64,000 bases of DNA from Tabrizicola sp. BL-A-41-H6. GTDB taxonomy: Bacteria > Pseudomonadota > Alphaproteobacteria > Rhodobacterales > Rhodobacteraceae. The DNA lies in assembly GCF_050632395.1 (NCBI RefSeq), contig NZ_CP192600.1, positions 450,424-514,423 on the forward strand, read 5' to 3'. The notes beneath the pieces were generated by a model. The model was not told the DNA's origin, did no database searches, and saw only the letters and a list, made by a program, of their open reading frames with translations. Of this stretch, positions 1-8,994 are shown in pieces; within the stretch, counting starts at the first letter, position 1; each line of letters begins with the position of its first letter. A program made the position numbers and the translations under genes.

Positions 1-762
1 CCCCGCCTCGGCGGTGCGGTAGGCTTGCGTCACCATCATGCCGCCAATGCCCACCGCAAGCCCGGTGGCAAGAAAGATCGGCCAATCGCCAATCGGCGGC
101 CAGATCCACGGCCGAAACAGGAACGCCCAGATCGGGTCTTCCGTCGCCAGATGCCCGTCACCGACCCAAAGCCCCATTGCCACGCTGACGATGATGAACC
201 CCGCCTGCACGAAGAACCCCAGGGTCATGGCGCTTTCGGTGCTGCCCATCTGCCGCGCCAGCAGGTTTCCGGCGGCGTAAAGGATGGCCGAACACAGCAC
301 CATGATCGCTGCCGGCTGGATCACCCCGGCACCGGGGCGCAGCATGATGATGACCCCGATCATGCCAAGGATCACCGCCGCCCAGCGACGCGGGCCGACG
401 GTTTCCTTCAAGAACAGCACCGACAGCACGGTGATCGCAATCGGACTGACAAAGGCCACCGCCACCGCATCGGCCAAGGGCAACGCAGCCAGCCCAAGAA
501 AGAAGGTGACATTTGACACCATCACAATCGCCACGCGCAGAAGGTGCGTCCTTGGCCGTCGGGTGCGCAACTGACGAAATCCGGTGCCGCTGAAGCCGAT
601 GAAGCAAAGGATGAAGGTCATCGCCACAAAGGCGCGGATCAAGATCACCTGATGCAGCGCATAGCCGCCCGACAGGAACTTGATCGCAACGTCGTTGACC
701 GAAAAGATGATGGTTCCGCCAGCGGCGAACAGGATGCCCGAAAGGGCCGGATTGCGTGCCAT
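1..762 (-). CDS. DMT/EamA-family transporter; C-terminal end runs off the window
   Basis: Own translation of the minus strand from ATG at 762-760: MARNPALSGILFAAGGTIIFSVNDVAIKFLSGGYALHQVILIRAF..., open to position 1. It has repeated hydrophobic helices typical of EamA. Not in the ORF track because no stop lies inside the window. Confidence 0.75.
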   Translation of the reverse strand, partial: MARNPALSGILFAAGGTIIFSVNDVAIKFLSGGYALHQVILIRAFVAMTFILCFIGFSGTGFRQLRTRRPRTHLLRVAIVMVSNVTFFLGLAALPLADAVAVAFVSPIAITVLSVLFLKETVGPRRWAAVILGMIGVIIMLRPGAGVIQPAAIMVLCSAILYAAGNLLARQMGSTESAMTLGFFVQAGFIIVSVAMGLWVGDGHLATEDPIWAFLFRPWIWPPIGDWPIFLATGLAVGIGGMMVTQAYRTAEAG

Positions 763-890
763 GCCGCCAGATGACCGCGCCGCGCGAGGGCCGTCTGTTC
801 TGGCCGCGACATCGGGCGGCGATCCTGAAAAATAGTTAACAAACCGTAAAGGCGTCTCGCCAAGCCGTTGTTTTTGTTACGGACAGACAA

Positions 891-909
891 GTGTCCCACG
901 GTGGGACAC
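891..909. repeat. Perfect palindrome GTGTCCCAC-G-GTGGGACAC, copy 1 of 3
   Basis: Read directly. 9-bp arms around a central G. It abuts the TAG stop (909-911) of the minus-strand yaiI-like gene. The same core occurs at 48202-48222 and 55357-55375. Confidence 0.9.
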
Positions 910-1364
910 TACCCCCGCCCGGCTCGCAGCACCCGGTCCAGCACATCCAGAAACCGGCTTCGGTCGGCCTTTGAAAACATCTTTCCGCCACCTTGCCGGA
1001 ACGGATCAGCCGACCGCAGGTCCGCCATCAGGTCCCGCGTTGCCAAGGCCATCCCCACATTCACGGCGGTCAATTCCTCGCCATTGTGCTTCACGACCCG
1101 CGCCCCCGCCGCCACGCATTTCGCGGCCAGAGGGATATCTCCCGTCACCACCACATCACCCGGCCCGCAAGCCTCGGCGATCCACTTGTCGGCCTCGTCC
1201 GGCCCGGCGGCCACGAACACGCTTTCGACCAGCGGGTTCTGCGACGGCCTTATGCCCCCGTTCGAAACCAGCACCATCCGCACGCCAAGCCGCGTCGCCA
1301 CCCGCTCCGCCTCGGCTTTCACCGGGCAGGCGTCGGCGTCAATATAGATGCGCCGGTCACTCAT
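909..1364 (-). CDS. YaiI/YqxD family protein (DUF188/UPF0178)
   Basis: 151-aa [19 protein letters not shown]...[11 protein letters not shown], matching the conserved DUF188 pattern. Its start overlaps the downstream gene's stop by 4 nt (ATGA). Confidence 0.85.
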   Translation of the reverse strand: MSDRRIYIDADACPVKAEAERVATRLGVRMVLVSNGGIRPSQNPLVESVFVAAGPDEADKWIAEACGPGDVVVTGDIPLAAKCVAAGARVVKHNGEELTAVNVGMALATRDLMADLRSADPFRQGGGKMFSKADRSRFLDVLDRVLRAGRG

Positions 1365-1846
1365 GGCGCGGCAAAGACCTGCACCCAGTAGTATCGCAAC
1401 GGATACCGACTACCCCTGAGTGGCCGATCATCCGCCTCGTAGACCACCGCGATCCCCGTCTCGCGCATCCCGCAGTTCAGGATGTTGCGCCTGTGCCCCG
1501 CGCTTTGCAGCCAGCCCCGCACCACCTGCGTCACCGACGATTGCCCCGCCGCGATGTTTTCCGCCGCCGAGCGATAGCTGTAACCCTGCCGCTTGATACG
1601 GCTGCCAAGACGGCTGCCGTCGCGCCCGGCATGGCCAAAGAAATCCTGCTCGGCCATAGCGCGGGCATGGCTTCTGGCCGCCGCGTTCAGTTGCGGGTTC
1701 AGCACCAGCGCCGGACACCCGGCCTGCGCCCGCGCCCCATTGATCGCCGACAGCGTCGCCTCAGCCTGTCCGGCTGCAGCAGGGGCGGCCAATGCCATCA
1801 CCACCGCAACCTCAAGCGTGCAGCGCCGCAGCGTGGAAAGCGACAT
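1361..1846 (-). CDS. Secreted CAP/SCP-domain protein
   Basis: The C-terminal 2/3 of ORF 1361..2014 has the CAP pattern ([18 protein letters not shown]...AENIAAG...[13 protein letters not shown]). Start moved to ATG 1846, giving signal peptide [30 protein letters not shown]. The upstream part of the track ORF overlaps fghA. Confidence 0.78.
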   Translation of the reverse strand: MSLSTLRRCTLEVAVVMALAAPAAAGQAEATLSAINGARAQAGCPALVLNPQLNAAARSHARAMAEQDFFGHAGRDGSRLGSRIKRQGYSYRSAAENIAAGQSSVTQVVRGWLQSAGHRRNILNCGMRETGIAVVYEADDRPLRGSRYPLRYYWVQVFAAP

Positions 1847-2642
1847 GCTCTTCCATGAACGTCGAGACGAAGAAATAGCTGTGGTCATAGCCCTTTTGCA
1901 TCCTGAACGTGCCACCTTGGCGGGTCGTGACCATCGCCTCGGCCAGCGCCTCGGGGCGCAGCTTGTCCAGAAACTGGTCCGCCGTGCCCTGATCCACCAG
2001 CATCGGCCCGTCAAAGCCCCGCTTGCGCATCAGGGTTGTCGCATCATGCGCCGCCCATGTGGACTCGTCCGCGCCAAGATAGGCAAGAAACTGCGGACGC
2101 CCCCAGTCGCTGGCCGTAGGGTTGCAGATCGGCGCGAAGGCCGAGACTGACCGAAAGCGCCCGGGAAAGCTCATCGCGATGGTAAGGGCACCGTGGCCGC
2201 CCATTGAATGGCCGGTGATTGCCTGCGCAGCCTCGGCAACCGGGAAGGCGTTGAACAGCAGGCGCGGCAGTTCCTCGGTCACGTAATCCCACATGCGGAA
2301 ATGCCGCGCCCAGGGCTTTTGCGTGGCGTTGACGTAAAACCCCGCACCCTGACCCAGATCGAAGGCCTCGTGGTTGGCCACGCCTTCGCCGCGCGGGCTG
2401 GTGTCGGGATAGACGACCGCCAGCCCCATCTCGGACGCCCAGCGTTGCGCACCGGCCTTCATCATCGCGTTTTCATGCGTGCAGGTCAGCCCCGACAGAA
2501 ACCACAACAGCGGCACCGGCCCCTCCTCGGCCTGTTCTGGCAGGAACAGGCCAAAGGTCATTTCGCCGCCACAGGTGCTGGACGGGTGGGTGTAGACGCC
2601 CTGAACGCCTCCGAAGGCCCGGCTTTCGGAAATCGTGCGCAT
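1812..2642 (-). CDS. fghA: S-formylglutathione hydrolase (esterase D family)
   Basis: 276 aa with GGVQGVYTHPS, LWFLSGLTCTHEN, the GHSMGGHGAL nucleophile elbow and a C-terminal GYDHSYFF motif. Confidence 0.93.
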   Translation of the reverse strand: MRTISESRAFGGVQGVYTHPSSTCGGEMTFGLFLPEQAEEGPVPLLWFLSGLTCTHENAMMKAGAQRWASEMGLAVVYPDTSPRGEGVANHEAFDLGQGAGFYVNATQKPWARHFRMWDYVTEELPRLLFNAFPVAEAAQAITGHSMGGHGALTIAMSFPGRFRSVSAFAPICNPTASDWGRPQFLAYLGADESTWAAHDATTLMRKRGFDGPMLVDQGTADQFLDKLRPEALAEAMVTTRQGGTFRMQKGYDHSYFFVSTFMEEHVAFHAAALHA

Positions 2643-2927
2643 GTCTGACCTCTCTTCGCTGGATCGCTCCTTCGCCGAATAGGGTGCCGCGTCACCGAGG
2701 TAAAGGGCCGCGCGGCAAGACGATCACACCGGCCCGAAGAAGCTTTGGTTCGGCCCTTGATTTCATGATTTCGTTGTCCATCTTTTGCAAGCGGACCGGG
2801 CCCCTCTGGCGTCGGGCATTAGCCCTGCGTGATGTCGGACCGCATCGAGGAACACTCGATGGCAGCCCGGTCTTTGAATCCTTCCAGCTGTCGTCCTGTG
2901 TCTTGTGGTATGAAAAGGGACATTGGA

Positions 2928-3920
2928 ATGGACTTCCTCTACATCGACTTTCTCAGCAAGCCCGTCTGGATGTGGCTGCTGTTCGTCGGCATCGTCATTG
3001 CGCTCTTGGTCTTCGACCTTGGCGTTCTGAACAAGAAAGACCACGAGATTGGCGTGAACGAAAGCCTGCGGCTTTCGGCGCTGTATATCGCGCTGGGCGT
3101 CGGCTTTTCAGGCTTTGTCTGGTGGCAGATCGGGTTCGAGGAATCGAAGCTGTATCTGACCGCCTTCGTCGTGGAAAAGACGCTCGCGCTCGACAACGTG
3201 TTCGTCATCGCGCTGATCTTCACCTATTTCGCCATCCCCCGCATGTATCAGCACCGCGTACTGTTCTGGGGCATCCTTGGCGTGATCGTGCTGCGCGGCA
3301 TCATGATCGGCCTCGGGGCGACTCTGGTGGCGCAGTATTCTTGGGTTCTCTACATCTTCGCAGTGTTCCTGATCTTCACCGGCATCAAGATGATGTTCAC
3401 CGATGACAAGGAAACCGACATCTCGCAGAACCCGGTGCTGAAGTTCATGAAGCGCCGCATGAACGTGACGGAAAAGCTGCACGGCAACGCGTTCTGGGTG
3501 AAAGAGCAGGATGCCAAGGGCAAGGCTGTCTGGTTCGCCACGCCGCTGTTCCTCGCGCTGGTGCTGGTTGAAATTGCCGACCTCGTGTTCGCGGTAGATT
3601 CGGTGCCTGCGGTGTTTGCGATCACCACCGACCCGTTCATCGTCTACACCTCGAACATCTTCGCGATCCTTGGTCTGCGTGCGCTTTACTTCGCGCTGGC
3701 CGCCGTGCTGCACCGCTTCCACTACCTGAAATATGCGCTGGCCCTGCTTTTGGTGTTCATCGGCTCGAAGATTTTCGTCGCCGATGCGCTGGGGCTGGAG
3801 AAGTTTCCTGCCAACCTGTCGCTTGGTATCACCTTCGCGATCCTTGCCGCGGGCGTGATTTACTCGCTCTGGCGCAGCCGGAACGACGCGCCGGTGGTTG
3901 GCAAGACCGATCAAGACTGA
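2928..3920 (+). CDS. TerC/Alx-family integral membrane protein
   Basis: MDFLYIDFLSKPVWMW...EKTLALDNVFVIALIF...LVEIADLVFAVDSVPAVFAIT, the TerC signature. Start chosen at ATG 2928 (AAGGGA 8 nt upstream). The track ORF starts at 2829. Confidence 0.9.
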   Translation: MDFLYIDFLSKPVWMWLLFVGIVIALLVFDLGVLNKKDHEIGVNESLRLSALYIALGVGFSGFVWWQIGFEESKLYLTAFVVEKTLALDNVFVIALIFTYFAIPRMYQHRVLFWGILGVIVLRGIMIGLGATLVAQYSWVLYIFAVFLIFTGIKMMFTDDKETDISQNPVLKFMKRRMNVTEKLHGNAFWVKEQDAKGKAVWFATPLFLALVLVEIADLVFAVDSVPAVFAITTDPFIVYTSNIFAILGLRALYFALAAVLHRFHYLKYALALLLVFIGSKIFVADALGLEKFPANLSLGITFAILAAGVIYSLWRSRNDAPVVGKTDQD

Positions 3921-3937
3921 CCCTGCCACGCCAAAGA

Positions 3938-3965
3938 AAAACCCCGGTCGCAAGACCGGGGTTTT
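3938..3965. terminator. Bidirectional rho-independent terminator between TerC and the DUF1013 gene
   Basis: AAAACCCCGGTC-GCAA-GACCGGGGTTTT hairpin. T-tracts follow it in both reading directions. Confidence 0.75.
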
Positions 3966-3986
3966 GTCGTTTCAGCGCTGCGCGTC

Positions 3987-4742
3987 TTAGCGGCGGCTGG
4001 GCTGATCGTCTTCGTCATCCTCGTCATCATCACCCTGCGGCAGGTTGAAGAAGCTTTCGGCGTCCGAGAAATCGGTGTTCGCGTCCTTGTCGTCGTCGCC
4101 AAAGACTTCCAGCCCCGACAGCGGCTCCGGCATCTTCGGTTCCGGTGACATGCCCAGCGACTGTTCGGTCGACACCAGTTTGCGGCGCTCGTCATCCGAC
4201 ATCACCGAACCTTCGGACGCCTTCTTGCGGGCCGCGGCCTGCACGGCGGCGTCCAGTTCCGACTGGCGGCAAAGCCCAAGCGCCACCGGGTCGATCGGCG
4301 TGATGTTCGAGATGTTCCAGTGGCTGCGTTCGCGGATCGACTGGATGGTGGGTTTGGTGGTGCCCACCAGCTTGCCGATGGCACCATCGGACAGCTCTGG
4401 GTGGAACTTCACCAGCCACAGGATCGCGGCGGGGCGGTCCTGACGCTTGGACAAGGGCGTATAGCGCGGCCCGCGACGCTTTTCCTCGCCCACGGCGGCA
4501 GCGTTGAACTTCAGCTTCATGCGGTAGATCGGATCTTTCTGCGCACGCTCGATCTCGATCGGGTCAAGCTGGTTGTTGGCGATCGGGTCGAAACCCTTGA
4601 CGCCACCGGCCACGTCACCGTCCGCAATGCCCTGCACCTCAAGCTCGTGCATCCCGCAGAAATCGGCGATCTGGGCAAAGCTGAGGGTCGTGTTGTCCAC
4701 CAGCCAGACGGCAGTGGCTTTGGCCATAAGCGGCTTCGACAT
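3987..4742 (-). CDS. DUF1013-domain protein (TrcR-like cell-cycle regulator family) with acidic C-terminal tail
   Basis: 251 aa. The N-terminal MSKPLMAKATAVWLVDNTTLSFAQIADFCGMHELEVQGIADG and the PRYTPLSKRQDRPAAILWL repeat are typical of alphaproteobacterial DUF1013. The family name is from memory. Confidence 0.78.
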   Translation of the reverse strand: MSKPLMAKATAVWLVDNTTLSFAQIADFCGMHELEVQGIADGDVAGGVKGFDPIANNQLDPIEIERAQKDPIYRMKLKFNAAAVGEEKRRGPRYTPLSKRQDRPAAILWLVKFHPELSDGAIGKLVGTTKPTIQSIRERSHWNISNITPIDPVALGLCRQSELDAAVQAAARKKASEGSVMSDDERRKLVSTEQSLGMSPEPKMPEPLSGLEVFGDDDKDANTDFSDAESFFNLPQGDDDEDDEDDQPSRR

Positions 4743-4867
4743 CGGATCTCTCCTTTACAAATCTCTCCCGGGCCGGGAAAACGGCGGCGGGCGCTGGCCC
4801 GCGAGTTCCACGTTTTCAGGGAATTCACCGCCCATATAGGGCCTTCGCCAAAAAAGGGGAAGCGAAA

Positions 4868-5506
4868 ATGCGGCGGATGCTGTTGGCCCTCGTAGCGGCG
4901 TTGTGGGCCGGACCAGCCCTTGCCGACGGCGAGCGGGCGGGCGACTTCGACTATTATGTCATGTCGCTGTCGTGGTCGTCGGCTTGGTGCGAACTTGAAG
5001 GCGACGCGCGCGACGATCCGCAATGCGATCCGGGGCGCGGGCTGACGTTCGTGCTGCACGGGCTTTGGCCGCAATATGAAGATGGCTGGCCGTCGTGGTG
5101 CCGCACGGCCCAGCGTGACCCCACCCGCGCCGAAACCGCGGCGATGGCCGATATCATGGGCGGGTCAGGGCTTGCCTTCTACCAGTGGAAAAAGCACGGC
5201 CGCTGCGCCGGAGTTGCCGCGCCCGATTACTTCGCCACCGCGCGCCAAGCCTTCGAAAGTATCGCCGTTCCCCCGCTTTTCGGCCGCGTGTCCAAGGATT
5301 TGACCCTGCCCGCATCAGTGATCGAATCGGCGTTTCTGGAAGCGAACCCCGGCATGACGCGCGATCAGGTCACCGTCACTTGCAGCGACGGTCTGATCCA
5401 GGAAGTGCGCATCTGCCTGACGCCCGATCTTGACCCCCGGCGTTGCGGGGCGGACGTGATCCGCGACTGCACGCTGAAAGATGCGGTGCTGGAGGCGGTG
5501 CGCTAG
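4868..5506 (+). CDS. Secreted ribonuclease T2 family protein
   Basis: Signal peptide MRRMLLALVAALWAGPALA, CAS I motif FVLHGLWPQ, CAS II motif YQWKKHGRC. Confidence 0.88.
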   Translation: MRRMLLALVAALWAGPALADGERAGDFDYYVMSLSWSSAWCELEGDARDDPQCDPGRGLTFVLHGLWPQYEDGWPSWCRTAQRDPTRAETAAMADIMGGSGLAFYQWKKHGRCAGVAAPDYFATARQAFESIAVPPLFGRVSKDLTLPASVIESAFLEANPGMTRDQVTVTCSDGLIQEVRICLTPDLDPRRCGADVIRDCTLKDAVLEAVR

Positions 5507-5735
5507 GAAAAGTCGGCGGGATCGCTGGCTGTGAAATACGACGATGCATGGGGAGCATGACAAGCAAGTTTCGTTCAATACCCGGTGCCGGGACAAAGCT
5601 GGGGACTTCGGCCCGGCGAGAAGTCACATTCTGAAATCCGAATCCCGCCTGACGGAAACTTTACCAAAGGCGCGCTTCGGTTGAAGTGAAGAACGCATCA
5701 AAATCGAACCGAACGGTCAAAATTCCGTGCGCTGC

Positions 5736-6728
5736 CTAGTTTTCGACCTTCAGCACGATCTTGCCCACATGGCCGGGCGCCTCGATCCGCCAATGTGCTG
5801 CCGGAGCATCGTTCAGATCGTATTCGCTGTCGTGCACAACCTTCAGGGCGCCATTGGCCAGCATTGGCCAGACATGCGCTTCCACCTCGGCGGCGATGCG
5901 AGCTTTGGCAAGGTCTGACTGCGGGCGCAGCGTGGACCCGGTGATCGTCAGACGCCGCATCATCACTTCGGCAAAGTTGAGCTCGGCCTTGGCGCCTTGC
6001 AGGAAGGCAATCTGCACCAGCCGCCCGTCATCCGCCAGCGCCTTGATGTTCCGCTCGATATAGCCGCCGCCGACCATGTCGAGAATCAGGTTCGCCCCGC
6101 CTTCGGCCTTCAGGGCGGCGGTGAAATCCTCGCTCCGGTAGTTCAGCGCGACCTCGGCGCCCAGATCGGTGCAGACCTTGCATTTTTCATCCGTTCCGGC
6201 GGTGGCGAATACCCGTGCGCCCAGCGCGCGGGCAATCTGGATCGCCGTGGTGCCGATGCCCGACGTGCCGCCATGCACAAGGAAACGCTCCCCCGCCGTC
6301 AGGCCGCCGCGCATCACCACGTTCGACCAGACGGTGAAACAGGTTTCCGGCAGACAGGCGGCATCGCGCATCGACATGCCTGTCGGCACGGGCAACGCAT
6401 GGGCGGCCGGCGTCGCCGCATACTCGGCATACCCGCCCCCCGGCAGCAGTGCGCACACCTTGTCGCCGATCTGCCAGCGGGTGACGCCCGGCCCGACCTC
6501 CACCACCGTGCCGGAACATTCCAGCCCTGGCAGCGGCGAGGCGCTGGGCGGCGGCGCATAGGCCCCGGCCCGTTGCAGCGCATCAGGCCGGTTCACCCCG
6601 GCATAGGCCACGCGGATGATGATCTGGCCATGCCGCGGCACCGGCACCGGCACGGACACCGGTTTCAGAACATCCGGCCCGCCCGGAGCCGAGATTTCCA
6701 TGGCGAGCATGCTGTGCGACAGGGTCAT
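5736..6728 (-). CDS. NAD(P)H:quinone oxidoreductase (MDR/zeta-crystallin, PIG3-like)
   Basis: ISAPGGPDVLKPV...AGVNRPDALQRAGAY...VHGGTSGIGTTAIQIA. Start set at ATG 6728 (AAAGG upstream, 10 nt after the upstream gene's stop). Confidence 0.87.
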   Translation of the reverse strand: MTLSHSMLAMEISAPGGPDVLKPVSVPVPVPRHGQIIIRVAYAGVNRPDALQRAGAYAPPPSASPLPGLECSGTVVEVGPGVTRWQIGDKVCALLPGGGYAEYAATPAAHALPVPTGMSMRDAACLPETCFTVWSNVVMRGGLTAGERFLVHGGTSGIGTTAIQIARALGARVFATAGTDEKCKVCTDLGAEVALNYRSEDFTAALKAEGGANLILDMVGGGYIERNIKALADDGRLVQIAFLQGAKAELNFAEVMMRRLTITGSTLRPQSDLAKARIAAEVEAHVWPMLANGALKVVHDSEYDLNDAPAAHWRIEAPGHVGKIVLKVEN

Positions 6729-6738
6729 CTTCGGCCTT

Positions 6739-7413
6739 TCAGAACAGGTGGCGACCGGGCAGGTCATCCGGCACTTTTGGCGCACGAACCCTTTCCAGAA
6801 TCTTGAAAGGCCCGTTTTTCAGTGCCTTGCCAAGCGGATTTTCCGCCAGACCTGCCTTGAACTTCTCGAACTGCATCACCTGGTCGATGCGGCGGTACAG
6901 AAAATCCCAGCTGGCCTGATGGTCAAGGCTGCCATCGCCCAGCCAATAGAGCACCGTCGCACCATAAACCGCCGTCAGCGTGCCGCGCTTGGTATACCAG
7001 TTCAGGTCGGTCGAGGTGTCGCCCAGCGCCGTCCAGATCTTGTCGGTCGTGCCCCACAAGGCCCGCGCCCCATCGGCCGCGTGCTGCGGCAGGGCGAACA
7101 GCGTGGTGCCCCGACGCACCAGCTCCTTGTCGGCCAATTCCAGCCTTGTCCGCACCGCCAGCGCGATCCGGTCCCGAAACCGCATCGAAGACAGGTCCAT
7201 CGCTGCCAGCCGTGCCACCATCTCCGCATCGCCGCGCGCGTGGTAGGCCAGCGCCAGATCGACGCCGCCCCGTGGATACAGCGCCCGCGCCAGAGCATCG
7301 GGCACGCCGCAGTCGGCAATCGCCGCGCGGAACGTGGTTTCCGACCAGCCGTCAAACGGCACATGCGCCAGCGCCGCGTCCAGAATCCGGTCCTTTTGGG
7401 TCGTCTCGGTCAT
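6739..7413 (-). CDS. COQ9-family protein (rpsU-divergently transcribed protein)
   Basis: MTETTQKDRILDAALAHVPFDGWS...WYTKRGTLTAVYGATVLYWL. It is divergent from rpsU, as the family name implies. GGAGG lies upstream of ATG 7413. Confidence 0.85.
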   Translation of the reverse strand: MTETTQKDRILDAALAHVPFDGWSETTFRAAIADCGVPDALARALYPRGGVDLALAYHARGDAEMVARLAAMDLSSMRFRDRIALAVRTRLELADKELVRRGTTLFALPQHAADGARALWGTTDKIWTALGDTSTDLNWYTKRGTLTAVYGATVLYWLGDGSLDHQASWDFLYRRIDQVMQFEKFKAGLAENPLGKALKNGPFKILERVRAPKVPDDLPGRHLF

Positions 7414-7521
7414 GTCAGCCTCCGTCCTGCCGCGCGGTGGACAAGCCCACCCTTGTTTGATATAGGCCGCGGGCCTGCACAAGTCAGTGCAACTTTAACC
7501 TAGGAAGGTGGTGACAACCAC

Positions 7522-7728
7522 ATGCAGGTCAGCGTCCGCGATAACAACGTCGAACAGGCTCTCCGTGCCCTGAAGAAAAAACTTCAGCGCGAAGGGGTGT
7601 TTCGGGAAATGAAGCTCAAGCAGCATTTCGAGAAGCCCTCCGTCAAGAAAGCACGCGAACAAGCCGAAGCCGTGCGCCGCGCGAGGAAACTCGCCCGGAA
7701 GAAGCTTCAGCGTGAAGGCGGTCTTTAA
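7522..7728 (+). CDS. rpsU: 30S ribosomal protein S21
   Basis: [45 protein letters not shown]..., unmistakable S21. Confidence 0.97.
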   Translation: MQVSVRDNNVEQALRALKKKLQREGVFREMKLKQHFEKPSVKKAREQAEAVRRARKLARKKLQREGGL

Positions 7729-7768
7729 GACGTCAGCGACACTGGGGTAGCGATACCCGCCCGATCAA

Positions 7769-7795
7769 CCCCCGTCCTTCAGGCCGGGGGTTTTT
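7769..7795 (+). terminator. Rho-independent terminator after rpsU
   Basis: CCCCCG...CGGGGG stem followed by TTTTT. It overlaps the stop of the convergent aquaporin gene. Confidence 0.7.
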
Positions 7796-8445
7796 CATTT
7801 TGCGGGCCGGAACAGCCAGCCCGCCAGCGCCGCCGCGACCGACGCTCCGGCGATCTGTGCCAGCCAGAAGGCGGGCAGATCGACTGGACGGATGCCAGCG
7901 AACGTCTCGGTAAATGCCCTAGCCAACGACACGGCCGGATTGGCAAAGCTGGTCGATGCGGTGAACCAATAGGCCGCCGCGATATAGGCCGCGACCATCA
8001 GCGCCACATTGGCCCGCGCATGGATCGCGCCCAGAATCGTCAGCACCAGCCCAAAGGTCGCCACGCCTTCGGCGATCCACTGCCCGGTGCCGCTGCGCGG
8101 GGTCGTCGATAGCTGCCAGATCGGCAGATCGAACATCGCGTGCGCCAGCAATGTTCCTGCCACGCCGCCAGTGATCTGGGCTGCAACAAAGCCCAGCGCC
8201 AGAATCGGTGCGACCTCGCGCCGGACGGCAAAAACCAGCGTCACGGCGGGGTTGAAATGCGCGCCCGACACCGGGGCGAAAATGGTGATCAACACCAGCA
8301 GCGCCGCCGCCGTGGCGATGGTGTTGGCCAACAGGGCCAGCGCCACATCCGCCGTCAGCCGGTCGGCCATGATGCCTGACCCGACAACGGCGGTGACCAG
8401 AAGCCCAGTGCCAAGGGCCTCGGCCACAAGGCGGCGTGCGGTCAT
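7795..8445 (-). CDS. MIP-family aquaglyceroporin (AqpS-like arsenite channel)
   Basis: Two NPA boxes (HFNPAVTL, FANPAVSLAR). Start ATG 8445 overlaps the arsC stop as ATGA. The upstream part of the track ORF is out of context. Confidence 0.87.
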   Translation of the reverse strand: MTARRLVAEALGTGLLVTAVVGSGIMADRLTADVALALLANTIATAAALLVLITIFAPVSGAHFNPAVTLVFAVRREVAPILALGFVAAQITGGVAGTLLAHAMFDLPIWQLSTTPRSGTGQWIAEGVATFGLVLTILGAIHARANVALMVAAYIAAAYWFTASTSFANPAVSLARAFTETFAGIRPVDLPAFWLAQIAGASVAAALAGWLFRPAK

Positions 8446-8936
8446 TCGGTGCGGCCGATCTCGGACAGCCGCGCCTTCAGGGTCAGTGCGTCCAGCGTGG
8501 CGATGGGCAGGGCGGCGAACGCCTGGATGCGGCGGTTCAACGCCCGGTAGGTCTCTGCGAATGCCAGCGCCTTTGCCGCGTCGCTGCCCTCGACGGCCGC
8601 AGGGTCTGGCAGACCCCAATGCGCGCTGACCGGTTGCCCCGGCCAGTAGGGGCATTCCTCGGCCGCCGCGCTGTCACAGACGGTGAACACGAAATCCAGC
8701 TTCGGGGCGCCGGGGGCTGCGAACTCGTCCCAGCTTTTCGACCGCGCGAAGCTGGTGTCGAACCCTTCGCGTTGCAACAGCGACAGGGCGAACGGGTTCG
8801 GCGCCCCGGTCGGGCGCGATCCTGCGGAATGGCCGATGAAGCGACCCTTGCCTTCACGGTTCATGATCGCTTCGGCCAGTATCGACCGCGCCGAATTGCC
8901 GGTACACAGGAACAGGACGTGAAAAGGGGCGGTCAT
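8442..8936 (-). CDS. arsC: Arsenate reductase, LMW-PTP (thioredoxin-coupled) type
   Basis: MTAPFHVLFLCTGNSARSILAEA (CX5R loop) and VCDSAAAEECP second cysteine pair. GGAG lies upstream of ATG 8936. Confidence 0.9.
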   Translation of the reverse strand: MTAPFHVLFLCTGNSARSILAEAIMNREGKGRFIGHSAGSRPTGAPNPFALSLLQREGFDTSFARSKSWDEFAAPGAPKLDFVFTVCDSAAAEECPYWPGQPVSAHWGLPDPAAVEGSDAAKALAFAETYRALNRRIQAFAALPIATLDALTLKARLSEIGRTE

Positions 8937-8994
8937 CTGGCATCTCCGGTTTGCCAGCGCCGAATGCCAAGACTTTGTAACAGCCCGGTGACGT

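Noticed and set aside
2643-2927. yybP-ykoY Mn2+ riboswitch call upstream of TerC.
   Set aside because: The conserved loop sequences were not found by eye. It is kept only as a low-interest question, not as a feature.
5507-5735. 230-nt ORF-free spacer between RNase T2 and the quinone oxidoreductase gene, considered as a possible sRNA locus (hairpin GACTTC...GAAGTC at 5604-5625).
   Set aside because: No promoter-like element or T-tract terminator could be identified. The genes are convergent, so the spacer may simply hold their 3' UTRs.
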